This document shows, piece by piece, positions 1 to 9,098 of a stretch of DNA of 34,349 nt (the stretch's first letter is position 1; the number at the start of each line of letters is the position of its first letter). This DNA comes from Bacteroidales bacterium (GTDB lineage: Bacteria > Bacteroidota > Bacteroidia > Bacteroidales > UBA4181), in NCBI GenBank assembly GCA_028700615.1, contig JAQVSH010000001.1, forward strand, positions 1 through 34,349, read 5' to 3'. Both the position numbers and the translations under genes were made by a program. The notes under the pieces were generated by a model. The model had not been told where the DNA came from and searched no databases. It saw nothing but the letters and a program-made list of their open reading frames with translations.

Positions 1-1
1 G

Positions 2-403
2 TTGATTCTTGAAATCACGACCGATGGAACCATTCATCCTAAAGACGCTTTAAAAGAAGCTGCAAAGATTCTTATCTATCATTTCATGTTGTTCTCTGAT
101 GACAAGATTACGTTGGATTCAGACGAAAAATTTGGCAGTGAAGAATTTGATGAAGAAATCCTTCATATGCGCCAGCTTTTAAAAACCAAATTAGCAGATA
201 TAGATCTTTCCGTAAGGGCTTTGAATTGTCTTAAAGCTGCAGAGGTTGAAACTCTGGGTGATTTGGTTCGTTTCAATAAAAATGATTTGCTGAAATTTAG
301 AAATTTTGGTAAGAAATCTCTCAGCGAATTGGATGAACTTCTGGATGGGATGAATCTCAATTTCGGGATGGATATCAGTAAGTATAAACTTGACAAGGAA
401 TAG
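2..403 (+). CDS. rpoA: DNA-directed RNA polymerase alpha subunit, C-terminal part (5'-truncated by window edge)
   Basis: The ORF is open from the window start. It carries the alpha-CTD helix-hairpin-helix motif [22 protein letters not shown]...[14 protein letters not shown]. rplQ follows immediately, as in the conserved rpoA-rplQ arrangement. Confidence 0.9.
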   Translation: MILEITTDGTIHPKDALKEAAKILIYHFMLFSDDKITLDSDEKFGSEEFDEEILHMRQLLKTKLADIDLSVRALNCLKAAEVETLGDLVRFNKNDLLKFRNFGKKSLSELDELLDGMNLNFGMDISKYKLDKE

Positions 404-408
404 TAACA

Positions 409-909
409 ATGAGACATTTAAAGAAAATCAATCATCTCGGCAGGACGAGTTCTCATAGAAAGGCAATGTTGGCAAATATGGCCGCTTCTTTAATTATGCA
501 CAAAAGGATTGAGACTACATTGGCTAAAGCAAAAGCCCTCAGGGTTTATGTTGAGCCTTTGATTACCCGTTCTAAAAACGATTCAACGAATTCCAGACGT
601 GTCGTTTTCAGTTTACTTCAGAACAAAGCAGCTGTAACCGAATTGTTTCGTGATATCGCTGTAAAAGTTGCATCAAGACCCGGTGGTTATACCAGAATAC
701 TGAAAACCGGTAACCGGTTTGGGGATAATGCCGAAATGTCTATCATTGAATTAGTTGACTACAACGAAAACATGTTGGTAGAAAAAGCTCCCAAGGCAAA
801 GGCTAAGCCCTCTACACGTCGTGGAGCTAAGAAATCAGCAGTAAAAGAAGTAGCTGCCAAGACTGAAACGGAAGCCGCTGCTCCTGTTGAAGAACAAAAG
901 GCTGAATAA
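409..909 (+). CDS. rplQ: 50S ribosomal protein L17 (bL17)
   Basis: The N-terminus [45 protein letters not shown] is canonical L17. The C-terminal tail is Lys/Ala/Glu-rich. It lies 5 nt after the rpoA stop. Confidence 0.95.
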   Translation: MRHLKKINHLGRTSSHRKAMLANMAASLIMHKRIETTLAKAKALRVYVEPLITRSKNDSTNSRRVVFSLLQNKAAVTELFRDIAVKVASRPGGYTRILKTGNRFGDNAEMSIIELVDYNENMLVEKAPKAKAKPSTRRGAKKSAVKEVAAKTETEAAAPVEEQKAE

Positions 910-955
910 CCTTTTATCAGAATAAACGGCTTTTAGAAAATAAAGTTTATATTAG

Positions 956-985
956 ACCCTCAGAGTTTATCTGAGGGTTTTTTAT
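956..985 (+). terminator. Rho-independent terminator after rplQ
   Basis: A 9-bp stem accctcaga (956-964) pairs with tctgagggt (970-978) around a 5-nt loop. A T-run (tttttta) follows. Confidence 0.75.
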
Positions 986-993
986 TGTATGCT

Positions 994-2898
994 ATGTCCT
1001 GGAAAAATTTGAGCGAGTTTGTTCACCATTTGGAATCCCGGAATGAATTGATCCGGGTCAGGTCGTATACGGACCCTGTACTTGAAATAGCTGAAATTAC
1101 AGATCGCTTTTCCAAACTTCCCGAAGGAGGGAAAGCCATCTTATTTGAAAATACCGGTTCGGATTTCCCTGTTCTCACCAATATGATGGGCTCGGATACC
1201 CGTATAGCCATGGCGTTAGGCGTATCCTCCCTTGATGAAATTTCGGAAAATATATCAGATTTGTTTTCAGGGCTCATGAGCCCGAAATCTGGTTGGAAAG
1301 AGAAATTATCCATGATTCCTCTTTTAGGAAGGATGCAGGCTTGGTTTCCGCGTTCTTTTTCCGGGAAAGCCCCCTGTCAGGAGGTCATCATGAATACTCC
1401 TGATTTGCGAAAACTACCCGTGATGCAATGCTGGCCTTTTGATGGAGGAAGATTCATTACACTTCCCATGGTACACACAAAGGATCCGGTCACGGGAGTC
1501 AGGAACGTGGGAATGTACAGAATGCAGGTTTTGGGCCCCGATCTGACAGGAATGCATTGGCATCGGCATAAGACAGGCGCCCGGCATTTTGAGAGTTATA
1601 AAGCCTTGCACCGCATCATGCCTGTGGCTGTTACTCTTGGCGGCGATCCGGCATGCATCTATGCAGCTACGGCACCCATGCCCGAGAATCTGGATGAATA
1701 CCTTTTAGCCGGATTTTTGCGTAAAAAACCGGTTGAGATGGTAAAATGCCTTACGCAGGACCTCGAAGTCCCTGCCTTTTCCGAATTTGTTATTGAAGGC
1801 TACGTGGATCCTTCCGAACCTTTGGTATGGGAAGGCCCCTTTGGGGATCACACCGGCTTTTATTCTGCTGCTGACTGGTATCCTGCATTTCATGTGACTT
1901 GCATTACCCATCGTTCAGGTGCGGTCTGGCCTGCGACGCTCGTAGGAATCCCCCCGCAGGAGGATGCTTATATGGCCAAAGCCACTGAAAAAATCTTTTC
2001 CATGCCCATTCGTTATATGATGCAACCGGAATTGCGAGGTTTGCATATGCCGGTTTGTGGAACAGCCCATAACCTTGCCCTGGTGAGCATTGAAAAATCC
2101 TATCCCGGTCAGGGAATTAAAACCATCCAATCCTTATGGGGTGCCGGGCAGATGATGATGAACAAGATTATGCTTGTGGCCGATGCCTCGGTAAATCTTT
2201 ACGACTATCGTTCAATAGTAAGGAATGCATTGCAAAAACTGGTCTTTCCCCGGGATCTGATTTTCTCCAGAGGACCGCTGGATATTCTGGATCATGCTTC
2301 TCCTTCTTTCTCTTTTGGATCCAAATTGGGAATAGATATGACCCGCAGGTTTCCTGAAGAAGAATGCGGAGAAGCCTGTTCTCTGCAGATCCCTGGAAAT
2401 CTGTCGCCTTCTGATTTTAAACAGGCTCTTCCCGCTGTCAGTGAGATCTGTTTGGACTGGTTTAAGGAGGGGCTTCCTATAGTATCCGTCTCGTTAAAAG
2501 AAGAGATGCAGGCATCCTATGCCGAATGGGTCGGAATATGTAATTCGAATCCGGCTTTCTCTGCGGTCAGAGTCTGGATCTGGCTGGATGAACCGGTCAA
2601 TATTTATGATCCCTGGCAGGTTGCCTGGATGGCGCTCAGTAATACGGATCCTTCACGGGATATATCAATCTATGAACAGCCCGGTTCCGGCGGCGTTATA
2701 CATATCAATGCTTTTTCCAAAGCCGGCATCAGCGGAAGAGACTGGCCTAACGTGGCCGTTATGTCCGAGAAAATCAGCCATCAGGTAGATACCCGCTGGA
2801 GTGAACTTTTCCCCCAAATCCCATGGATACCTTCACCTTCTGATAAGACAAGACAACTTCACCATTCCGGGGAAGCCATGGTGAAAAAGCCGGAATAA
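994..2898 (+). CDS. UbiD-family (prenylated-FMN dependent) decarboxylase, menaquinone-biosynthesis decarboxylase-like
   Basis: UbiD hallmarks are present: GMYRMQV, HWHRHKTGARH and EGPFGDHTGFY. The ORF-track start at 985 is a TTG inside the rplQ terminator, so the ATG at 994 is preferred. The protein extends about 140 aa beyond the length of E. coli UbiD. Confidence 0.85.
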   Translation: MSWKNLSEFVHHLESRNELIRVRSYTDPVLEIAEITDRFSKLPEGGKAILFENTGSDFPVLTNMMGSDTRIAMALGVSSLDEISENISDLFSGLMSPKSGWKEKLSMIPLLGRMQAWFPRSFSGKAPCQEVIMNTPDLRKLPVMQCWPFDGGRFITLPMVHTKDPVTGVRNVGMYRMQVLGPDLTGMHWHRHKTGARHFESYKALHRIMPVAVTLGGDPACIYAATAPMPENLDEYLLAGFLRKKPVEMVKCLTQDLEVPAFSEFVIEGYVDPSEPLVWEGPFGDHTGFYSAADWYPAFHVTCITHRSGAVWPATLVGIPPQEDAYMAKATEKIFSMPIRYMMQPELRGLHMPVCGTAHNLALVSIEKSYPGQGIKTIQSLWGAGQMMMNKIMLVADASVNLYDYRSIVRNALQKLVFPRDLIFSRGPLDILDHASPSFSFGSKLGIDMTRRFPEEECGEACSLQIPGNLSPSDFKQALPAVSEICLDWFKEGLPIVSVSLKEEMQASYAEWVGICNSNPAFSAVRVWIWLDEPVNIYDPWQVAWMALSNTDPSRDISIYEQPGSGGVIHINAFSKAGISGRDWPNVAVMSEKISHQVDTRWSELFPQIPWIPSPSDKTRQLHHSGEAMVKKPE

Positions 2899-2900
2899 TT

Positions 2901-4583
2901 TTACTGATGGATAAGTGTTATCATCGGCTTTCCCGTAGAAGCATTGGGTGCTGATATACCCAACAGATAGGAAAGCGTAGGTGCAATATCTGTTATTTCA
3001 ACGCTTTCTTCAATCGATAGTGAAGGAATCCGCCAGCCGTACCAGAGAAGCGGTACATGGGTATCATAATTATAGGGGCTTTTGGATGAAATTTCTGTTC
3101 CCAAACCTTTTTCCACCCACCCCGGTAACAGATTAATGATAATATCCCCCGATCTTTTCGGATGAAAACCATTTTGAAGGGTACTTAAAACGCCTCCGGT
3201 AAAGTCAACGGAATTCAGCGCTGAGGCTGTGACGGTATTGGATACTCCCGAAAACTGAAGCAAAAACTGTGCTGCCGTATTTTGAATCTTTTCCAGATCC
3301 ATTTTTTTGTCTTCAATCAGAAGATGATTCAGGTAGATCTGTTGATTAGAGTAACTCTTTACCCATTCTCCCTCTCCATACATAATATTCAGGTAGCTTT
3401 TCAGGAGGGAGACCGCGCTCTGACTGCTGAAAACTCCCGCCGGAAGATTTACACTGCTTAAATATTCGGGGCGTTCAGAGACGCCCTGATCGGAGGTCAG
3501 ATATATTAATACGTTGTCTTTCCCGATCGCCTCATCCACAAATCTGAGAAAGACGGAAAGATCCTCGTCAAGTCTTGCAAACGCATCTGCCACTTCGATG
3601 GAAGATGGCCCAAAAAGATCTCCTATTGCCCGCAGGGAAGAAAATGAAATCAGCAGATAATCCGTATCATCATCTTTCCCCAGCTCCAGATTCAGAATGG
3701 CTGAAACTGCAAAATCTTTGGTAAAAGAATTCCCCATCGGAGACATGCGCAATTTGGCATAATCCCGCTCGTTTTTACTGTTATTGAGCAAACCGAGAAC
3801 ACCGGATGCGGGTTTAGAAATAGTCTGGAAATCGTATGGAAATGTGGATTGGCCGTTGATGCCGGTCTCAAAAGGGTTGGAATCATTGAGACTGTTAGTG
3901 TAAGCAGACAAAGAAAATTTAGGAGCCCAGGTCTGTTGGAGGTAGAAGTCCGCCATTTTACTTTCATTGAAAGTTCTGACCCACAAATCCAGCCCGTTTT
4001 TATAATAAGTACTGGTGATCCATTCTCCCGAAGCATCATCATACCAGTAGACTTCTTTTGCGGTGTGTCCCCCTGAAAGAATAGCCGCTGCCGGGTCCAT
4101 AGAAATACTCACTACTTTTGACCGGAGCTGAGAGGAAAGTCTGAGTTCATCTCCAAAAGTTGTAGTAAAGAGATTTCTTGGAGACATTTTCCCCGCCTCA
4201 TAGCTGGCGCCTCCCACCGAGCTTTCATTTTCATCTTCAGTGCAGAAAATCTCTTTATTTTTAAGATATCCGTACCATTTATCCCCGATGATGCCGTGGT
4301 ATTGAGGCATTGATCCGGTCACGATCGTGGCATGTCCCGAAGCGGATTGTGTGGGGAAATAGTTGTGAAATGCATTTTTGCAGTCGGTACCCTCTGATAT
4401 CATCCGTTTAAAACCTCCTGATCCCATCAGACTGTCAAACCGGGAAAGATAATCATACCGCATCTGTTCTACCACGATGCCAATGATCAGTTTTGGCTTT
4501 GGCGGAGTTTCAGCACAGGTAATCCCAACACTTACCCATAAAACAAAAAACAGGAGAATCCATTGTTTTCTCACAGTGATCAC
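2901..4583 (-). CDS. Secreted alkaline phosphatase/NPP-superfamily protein, PafA-like fold, with divergent active-site motifs
   Basis: GTG start followed by a signal peptide (RKQWILLFFVLWVSVGITCAE). Long collinear similarity to PafA-type phosphatases (KPKLIIGIVVEQMRYDYL, GGFKRM, FPTQSASGHATIVTGSMPQYHGIIGD, SPRNL, ITSTYY, GPSSIEV, KRSGDI, YDTHVPLLWYGW, ITDIAPT). Most catalytic positions are substituted (see findings). Confidence 0.75.
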   Translation of the reverse strand: MITVRKQWILLFFVLWVSVGITCAETPPKPKLIIGIVVEQMRYDYLSRFDSLMGSGGFKRMISEGTDCKNAFHNYFPTQSASGHATIVTGSMPQYHGIIGDKWYGYLKNKEIFCTEDENESSVGGASYEAGKMSPRNLFTTTFGDELRLSSQLRSKVVSISMDPAAAILSGGHTAKEVYWYDDASGEWITSTYYKNGLDLWVRTFNESKMADFYLQQTWAPKFSLSAYTNSLNDSNPFETGINGQSTFPYDFQTISKPASGVLGLLNNSKNERDYAKLRMSPMGNSFTKDFAVSAILNLELGKDDDTDYLLISFSSLRAIGDLFGPSSIEVADAFARLDEDLSVFLRFVDEAIGKDNVLIYLTSDQGVSERPEYLSSVNLPAGVFSSQSAVSLLKSYLNIMYGEGEWVKSYSNQQIYLNHLLIEDKKMDLEKIQNTAAQFLLQFSGVSNTVTASALNSVDFTGGVLSTLQNGFHPKRSGDIIINLLPGWVEKGLGTEISSKSPYNYDTHVPLLWYGWRIPSLSIEESVEITDIAPTLSYLLGISAPNASTGKPMITLIHQ

Positions 4584-4585
4584 AA

Positions 4586-5689
4586 TTATACATTAAACCG
4601 GAAATGCATGATATCTCCATCCTTTACCACATAATCTTTTCCTTCAATGGAAATCTTGCCGTTATCACGACAAGCGGCTTCAGATCCCAGTGTAACGTAA
4701 TCAGTGTAACGGATTACTTCGGCACGGATAAATCCCCGTTCAAAATCTGTGTGAATAATTCCTGCAGCCTGAGGCGCTTTGATCCCTTTGGGATAAGTCC
4801 ACGCACGGGTTTCATCAGGTCCTGTGGTAAAATAAGTTTCCAGATTCAGCAAATGATAGGCTGCTTTAATCAGGCGCGAAACTCCGGACTCACTTAATCC
4901 TAAATCTTCCAGAAAGGCTTGTCTTTCCTCAAAATTTTCAAAATCGGCAATTTCAGCTTCTGTTTTAGCTGCAACCACCATGACTTCTGCATTTTCATCG
5001 CAAATCGCCTCCCTGATGGCATCTACATAATGATTCCCTTTCAGCGCAGAGCCTTCATCCACATTGCAAACGTAAAGAACCGGCTTGTCTGTTAAGAGAA
5101 ACAGATCCCGCGCCAGCTTCTTGTCCTCTTTATTGTCAATGACAACAGAACGTGCCGATTTTCCTTTTAACAGAGCTTCCTGGTATTGTGTTAAAATCTC
5201 TAACATCCTTTTAGCTTGCTTGTCCCCTCCGCTTTGTGCCTGTTTCTGAACTTTAGCTATTCTGGACTCTATGGTTTCAAGATCTTTAATCTGTAATTCC
5301 AGATCAATAATTTCCTTGTCTCTGACAGGATCTACAGATCCATCCACATGGGTGACATTATCATCCTCAAAACACCTCAGAACATGCAGAATGGCATCTG
5401 TTTCCCTGATATTGGCCAGAAACTTATTGCCCAGTCCTTCTCCTTTACTTGCACCTCTGACCAATCCGGCAATATCAACAATTTCGACCGTTGCAGGGAC
5501 CACTCTCAATGGTTTATCAATCTCAACCAACCGGTAAAGCCGGTCATCCGGGACTGTGATAACCCCGACATTGGGTTCGATGGTACAGAACGGAAAATTG
5601 GCTGCCTGTGCCTTGGCATTCGAAAGGCAGTTAAACAGAGTCGATTTTCCTACGTTGGGCAATCCCACTATACCGCATTGAAGTCCCAT
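4586..5689 (-). CDS. ychF: Redox-regulated ribosome-binding ATPase YchF
   Basis: [23 protein letters not shown] contains the G1 P-loop. Also present are DIAGLV, the coiled-coil insert, and a C-terminal TGS-like domain ending [11 protein letters not shown]. Confidence 0.95.
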   Translation of the reverse strand: MGLQCGIVGLPNVGKSTLFNCLSNAKAQAANFPFCTIEPNVGVITVPDDRLYRLVEIDKPLRVVPATVEIVDIAGLVRGASKGEGLGNKFLANIRETDAILHVLRCFEDDNVTHVDGSVDPVRDKEIIDLELQIKDLETIESRIAKVQKQAQSGGDKQAKRMLEILTQYQEALLKGKSARSVVIDNKEDKKLARDLFLLTDKPVLYVCNVDEGSALKGNHYVDAIREAICDENAEVMVVAAKTEAEIADFENFEERQAFLEDLGLSESGVSRLIKAAYHLLNLETYFTTGPDETRAWTYPKGIKAPQAAGIIHTDFERGFIRAEVIRYTDYVTLGSEAACRDNGKISIEGKDYVVKDGDIMHFRFNV

Positions 5690-5711
5690 AGATTATATTA
5701 TAATTTAAAGA

Positions 5712-6656
5712 TCATTTAAAACTAATGTTCGGATCGTATGAGGTGAGATGACGTTCCAGTTTCTCAGGATAAAGATCCGCAATCGTAATCATAATTCCTG
5801 TTTCTTCAACTGTTCCGAACCCTTCATTGATGGATGTTCCAAATGTTCTCATGGTAGGCGAGATATTCATATAGGAACTGATCAGCGGAGGAATATTAAC
5901 CCCTAATTTCCGGACTTTTTGAGAAAGAATCTTATAGTTTTCCTTATAGGATCCGCCATTAAATATTTTGCGTGCCTGTTCGGTGTCATAAGAGGGAAAA
6001 ATCGGATGAAAAGGTTCCAGCAAACCTTCCTGATCTCCAAAATGGAAATTCAGAAAATGTAGAATTAAATCCCTTGCCTCCCTATTGTAGGAAGGGTACA
6101 TGGTAACTTTTCCGATAAAATATTTTTTTTCGGGATTTTGTACCATGAGAGCACCCAATCCATCCCAGAGATTATCCAGTGCATAGATGCTTTTTCTTGA
6201 TTTTCCGGTAGACTGGTATGCTGGTTGCACAAACGATCTCCCCAATTCTATAGAATAAGGCAAATATTCATGGATACAACGTTCTGAAAACTTAAATAAC
6301 TCAGCCGTAGCCAAATTAATTTCTCCTTTTTCATCTACAAAGGTTTCATCGCAGATGTGATAGCGATATCCTCCAATAATTTCCAGATTGTCCGGGTCCC
6401 AGATAATCAATTGTTTATAAGGATTCGCTGCGTGATCGTAATGATCTATATCTACAGATTTTCCAGATCCGCCTCCGGGGGCCCGAAAAGAGACTTCTCT
6501 CAGCCTCCCGATTTCCTGCATTACGTTGGGTGCATTAAATGCTGTAACCACGTATATTTCGTTGCCTGCGTTATGAGTTTTTCTGATAAACTTGTCAGAA
6601 GAAAGCTCTTTCTGCAATAGGTCTTTATCAATAGGATCAATAATTGTTTCCGCCAT
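5712..6656 (-). CDS. GNAT-family N-acyltransferase ('hemolysin-like', OlsB/GlsB-type amino-acid-lipid N-acyltransferase)
   Basis: About 314 aa. The family resemblance to OlsB/GlsB-like N-acyltransferases is judged by eye. It is paired with a PlsC-type acyltransferase immediately upstream on the same strand. The ATG at 6656 (MAETIIDPIDKDLL) is preferred over the ORF-track start at 6677. Confidence 0.65.
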   Translation of the reverse strand: MAETIIDPIDKDLLQKELSSDKFIRKTHNAGNEIYVVTAFNAPNVMQEIGRLREVSFRAPGGGSGKSVDIDHYDHAANPYKQLIIWDPDNLEIIGGYRYHICDETFVDEKGEINLATAELFKFSERCIHEYLPYSIELGRSFVQPAYQSTGKSRKSIYALDNLWDGLGALMVQNPEKKYFIGKVTMYPSYNREARDLILHFLNFHFGDQEGLLEPFHPIFPSYDTEQARKIFNGGSYKENYKILSQKVRKLGVNIPPLISSYMNISPTMRTFGTSINEGFGTVEETGIMITIADLYPEKLERHLTSYDPNISFK

Positions 6657-6724
6657 ATAATAAACTGTATATCTCAAATATTAAAGATACAAAGATAGAA
6701 TAAATTGACAGGTCAGAACTTTCT

Positions 6725-7555
6725 TCATTGATTTTTCCTGTCAGGAAGGTGATATACTGTTTCTCTGATCCAATCCGCCCATTCCTGCGAAGATTTTGAA
6801 TGATCCAGAAGGGTCCAGGAAATAGGCTCTCCAAACCATATTTTCAGGGAACTTCCTTTTTGACGGAACATTTCATCCACCAAAAATGCCATTTCAATGT
6901 TAGTTCTGATTCTGAGATTTTTTCTCAGATTGGCTAATCGGTAAAAAAAATCGGAATTTCTTCCTTCAAAATAAACAGGAATAATGTCCCTTTGATAATG
7001 GATTGCTTTTTTTACAAAATTGGGGTTCCATTGCAGGTCTGTAATGTTTTTTCCTATTTTTCTGGAACATATGCCTGCCGGAAAATAGAGAAGCTGGGCT
7101 TCTGACATGAATCCTTCCCTGATCATACTGGCATATTGCAACGATTGCCGGCCATGTTTATTGACAGGCAAAAAAATTGATTTCAGAGGGGCAACATGCA
7201 TCAGAAGATCATTGGCAACAAACAGCATTTTGGGAAATTTCCGGGCGATCTGGTCCATCATAACCAATCCGTCCAGCCCTCCCAAAGGATGATTGGAGGC
7301 AAAAATAAACCGTCCCTGATCAGGAATCTGATCCAACCCGAAACATTGTGAAGAAATTCCCATTTCCTGTAATGCCCCGCGCACAAAATCAATGCCTGTT
7401 TTTCCCTGTACCTGAGATAAAAATTGATTTAACTCCTGTTCGTGAATCAATTTGCGAAGAAAACGGTATCCGAATTCGGGGATCCAGCGTGAAAGCTTTG
7501 CATTTTTCTTTGCTACAACTGATTTAACGTCAATGTATAAAGGTGTTTCCTCCAT
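6725..7555 (-). CDS. PlsC/LPLAT-family lysophospholipid acyltransferase (OlsA/GlsA-type O-acyltransferase)
   Basis: The acyltransferase block FASNHPLGGLDG is an HX4-5D-type motif, and FPAG is the block III motif. Co-oriented with the GNAT gene 69 nt downstream. Confidence 0.7.
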   Translation of the reverse strand: MEETPLYIDVKSVVAKKNAKLSRWIPEFGYRFLRKLIHEQELNQFLSQVQGKTGIDFVRGALQEMGISSQCFGLDQIPDQGRFIFASNHPLGGLDGLVMMDQIARKFPKMLFVANDLLMHVAPLKSIFLPVNKHGRQSLQYASMIREGFMSEAQLLYFPAGICSRKIGKNITDLQWNPNFVKKAIHYQRDIIPVYFEGRNSDFFYRLANLRKNLRIRTNIEMAFLVDEMFRQKGSSLKIWFGEPISWTLLDHSKSSQEWADWIRETVYHLPDRKNQ

Positions 7556-7646
7556 TTTTAAAGACTCTTATAAAACTGATAGATAAAATTAGCAAATTTT
7601 TTTTCCCCGATTCACATTCTTCTTATTCTCTAAAGTTATTAACAAA

Positions 7647-7682
7647 GTGTTTTTTTGTGGGATTAAGTGTGAACATGTGGGA
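7647..7682 (+). promoter_or_regulatory. Putative MraZ operator: GTG[G/T][G/T] direct repeats with exact 10-bp period
   Basis: Repeats are GTGTT at 7647, GTGGGA at 7657, GTGTGA at 7667 and GTGGGA at 7677. This gives TGGGA/TGTGA/TGGGA units separated by 5-nt spacers. They sit 40-75 nt upstream of the mraZ ATG and just upstream of a TATATTTT box (7691-7698). Confidence 0.5.
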
Positions 7683-7722
7683 GTTATTTGTATATTTTTG
7701 CCAGCATAATGACCTGAGTATT

Positions 7723-8190
7723 ATGATAACATTCATTGGAGATCAAACATGTATGATGGATACCAAGGGGCGGGTTCTGTTTCCCGCTTCATTCCGGAAG
7801 CAGATGCCTGATGGTGTTAGCGATTCTTTTGTCCTAAAGAAAGATATTTACGAATCCTGTCTGGTGTTATATCCTATGGAAGAATGGGAACGACAGAATT
7901 CGATTTTACAGAAAAAACTAAATCCTTATAACAAAGAACACAACAAATTTCTACGTCTTTTCTACAAAGATGTGGAATTTGTTTCTCTTGACAATGCCGG
8001 ACGCTTTCTGATTTCATCAAGACTTCAGGTTTTAGCCCGGATTGAAAAAGAAATTGTACTTGCCGGACAATTGGGCAAGATAGAAGTGTGGTCTAAAGAG
8101 CAATATGAAATGTCTACCCGGATGGATGGTTTTTCTGTCCTGGCCGAGAAATTACTGGGAACTTCACTTTTGGGAATGGAGGATGTTTGA
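7723..8190 (+). CDS. mraZ: Transcriptional regulator MraZ
   Basis: MITFIGDQTCMMDTKGRVLFPASFRKQM and a second half with LDNAGRFLISSRL form the duplicated SpoVT/AbrB-like MraZ repeats. It is the first gene of the dcw cluster. The ORF-track start at 7543 would add an implausible 60-aa extension. Confidence 0.9.
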   Translation: MITFIGDQTCMMDTKGRVLFPASFRKQMPDGVSDSFVLKKDIYESCLVLYPMEEWERQNSILQKKLNPYNKEHNKFLRLFYKDVEFVSLDNAGRFLISSRLQVLARIEKEIVLAGQLGKIEVWSKEQYEMSTRMDGFSVLAEKLLGTSLLGMEDV

Positions 8191-9098
8191 TGTATCATGT
8201 TCCGGTTTTGTTAAAAGAAAGTGTCGATGGGCTTCAGATTGACCCGGATGGCATTTATGTGGATGTGACCTTTGGGGGTGGTGGGCATTCCCGTGAGATT
8301 TTACGCCGGTTGGGACCGGGAGGGAAGTTATATGCCTTTGACCAGGATGCTGATGCGCTTAAGAATAAACCGGAGGATGAGCGGTTGACCCTTATTCATG
8401 GAAATTTCAGATTTATAGGTAATTATCTGAGGTATTACCACGTTGAAAAGGTGAACGGGATTCTGGCAGATCTGGGGGTCTCCTCCCATCATTTTGATGA
8501 AGTACAAAGAGGTTTTACTTTTCAGTCCGATGCTCCTCTGGATATGAGGATGAATACCTCTGCAAATCTTACTGCGGCCAAAGTTCTCAATGAATACCCG
8601 GAATCCTCATTAAGTATGATATTCAGTCAGTACGGAGAGATAGACAATGCCCGGAAACTGGCAAATTTTATCGTAACCTATAGGCAGAATGAAGTGCTCA
8701 AAACAAATCAGGATCTCATTGCGGCTGCAGGAACCTGTATTCCGCGCTTTTCAGAAAATAAATATTTGGCCAAAGTATTTCAGGCATTGAGGATAGAGGT
8801 AAACGGAGAGTTAAACAATCTTCGTGCTTTTCTTGAACAGTCGGTCCGGATCCTGGTTCCCGGGGGAAGGCTTTCCGTCATTACCTATCATTCTTTGGAA
8901 GATCGTCTGGTAAAACAGTTTCTCAGACAGGGAAAATTTGACGGAGAGGCTGAAAAGGATTTGTACGGAAGGGTGTTCCTTCCGCTCAGAGCTCTGCAAA
9001 GTAAGGTGATTCAGCCCTCAGAAGCAGAAATTGCCGCCAATAGCAGAGCCAGAAGTGCTAAGTTAAGAATTGCAGAACGAACCGAGTTGGCATCATGA
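8190..9098 (+). CDS. rsmH: 16S rRNA (cytosine1402-N4)-methyltransferase RsmH (MraW)
   Basis: YHVPVLLKESVDGL, DVTFGGGGHS, DLGVSSHHFD and SLEDRLVK are present. The ATG at 8190 overlaps the mraZ TGA. Confidence 0.95.
   Translation: MYHVPVLLKESVDGLQIDPDGIYVDVTFGGGGHSREILRRLGPGGKLYAFDQDADALKNKPEDERLTLIHGNFRFIGNYLRYYHVEKVNGILADLGVSSHHFDEVQRGFTFQSDAPLDMRMNTSANLTAAKVLNEYPESSLSMIFSQYGEIDNARKLANFIVTYRQNEVLKTNQDLIAAAGTCIPRFSENKYLAKVFQALRIEVNGELNNLRAFLEQSVRILVPGGRLSVITYHSLEDRLVKQFLRQGKFDGEAEKDLYGRVFLPLRALQSKVIQPSEAEIAANSRARSAKLRIAERTELAS

Noticed and set aside
985-993. A TTG start for the UbiD-family gene, as given in the ORF track.
   Set aside because: The TTG lies within the T-run of the rplQ terminator, and an ATG follows three codons later (994).
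2896-2903. Convergent UbiD-family and PafA-like genes whose stop codons are separated by only 2 nt, with no terminator hairpin.
   Set aside because: This is real but unremarkable. Tightly convergent gene ends are common, and I could find no structure to interpret.
7543-7722. A 60-aa N-terminal extension of the mraZ ORF as given in the ORF track.
   Set aside because: MraZ proteins are about 150 aa and begin with the M-I-x-F-x-G motif found at 7723. The extension covers the putative operator and promoter and has a junk-like composition.
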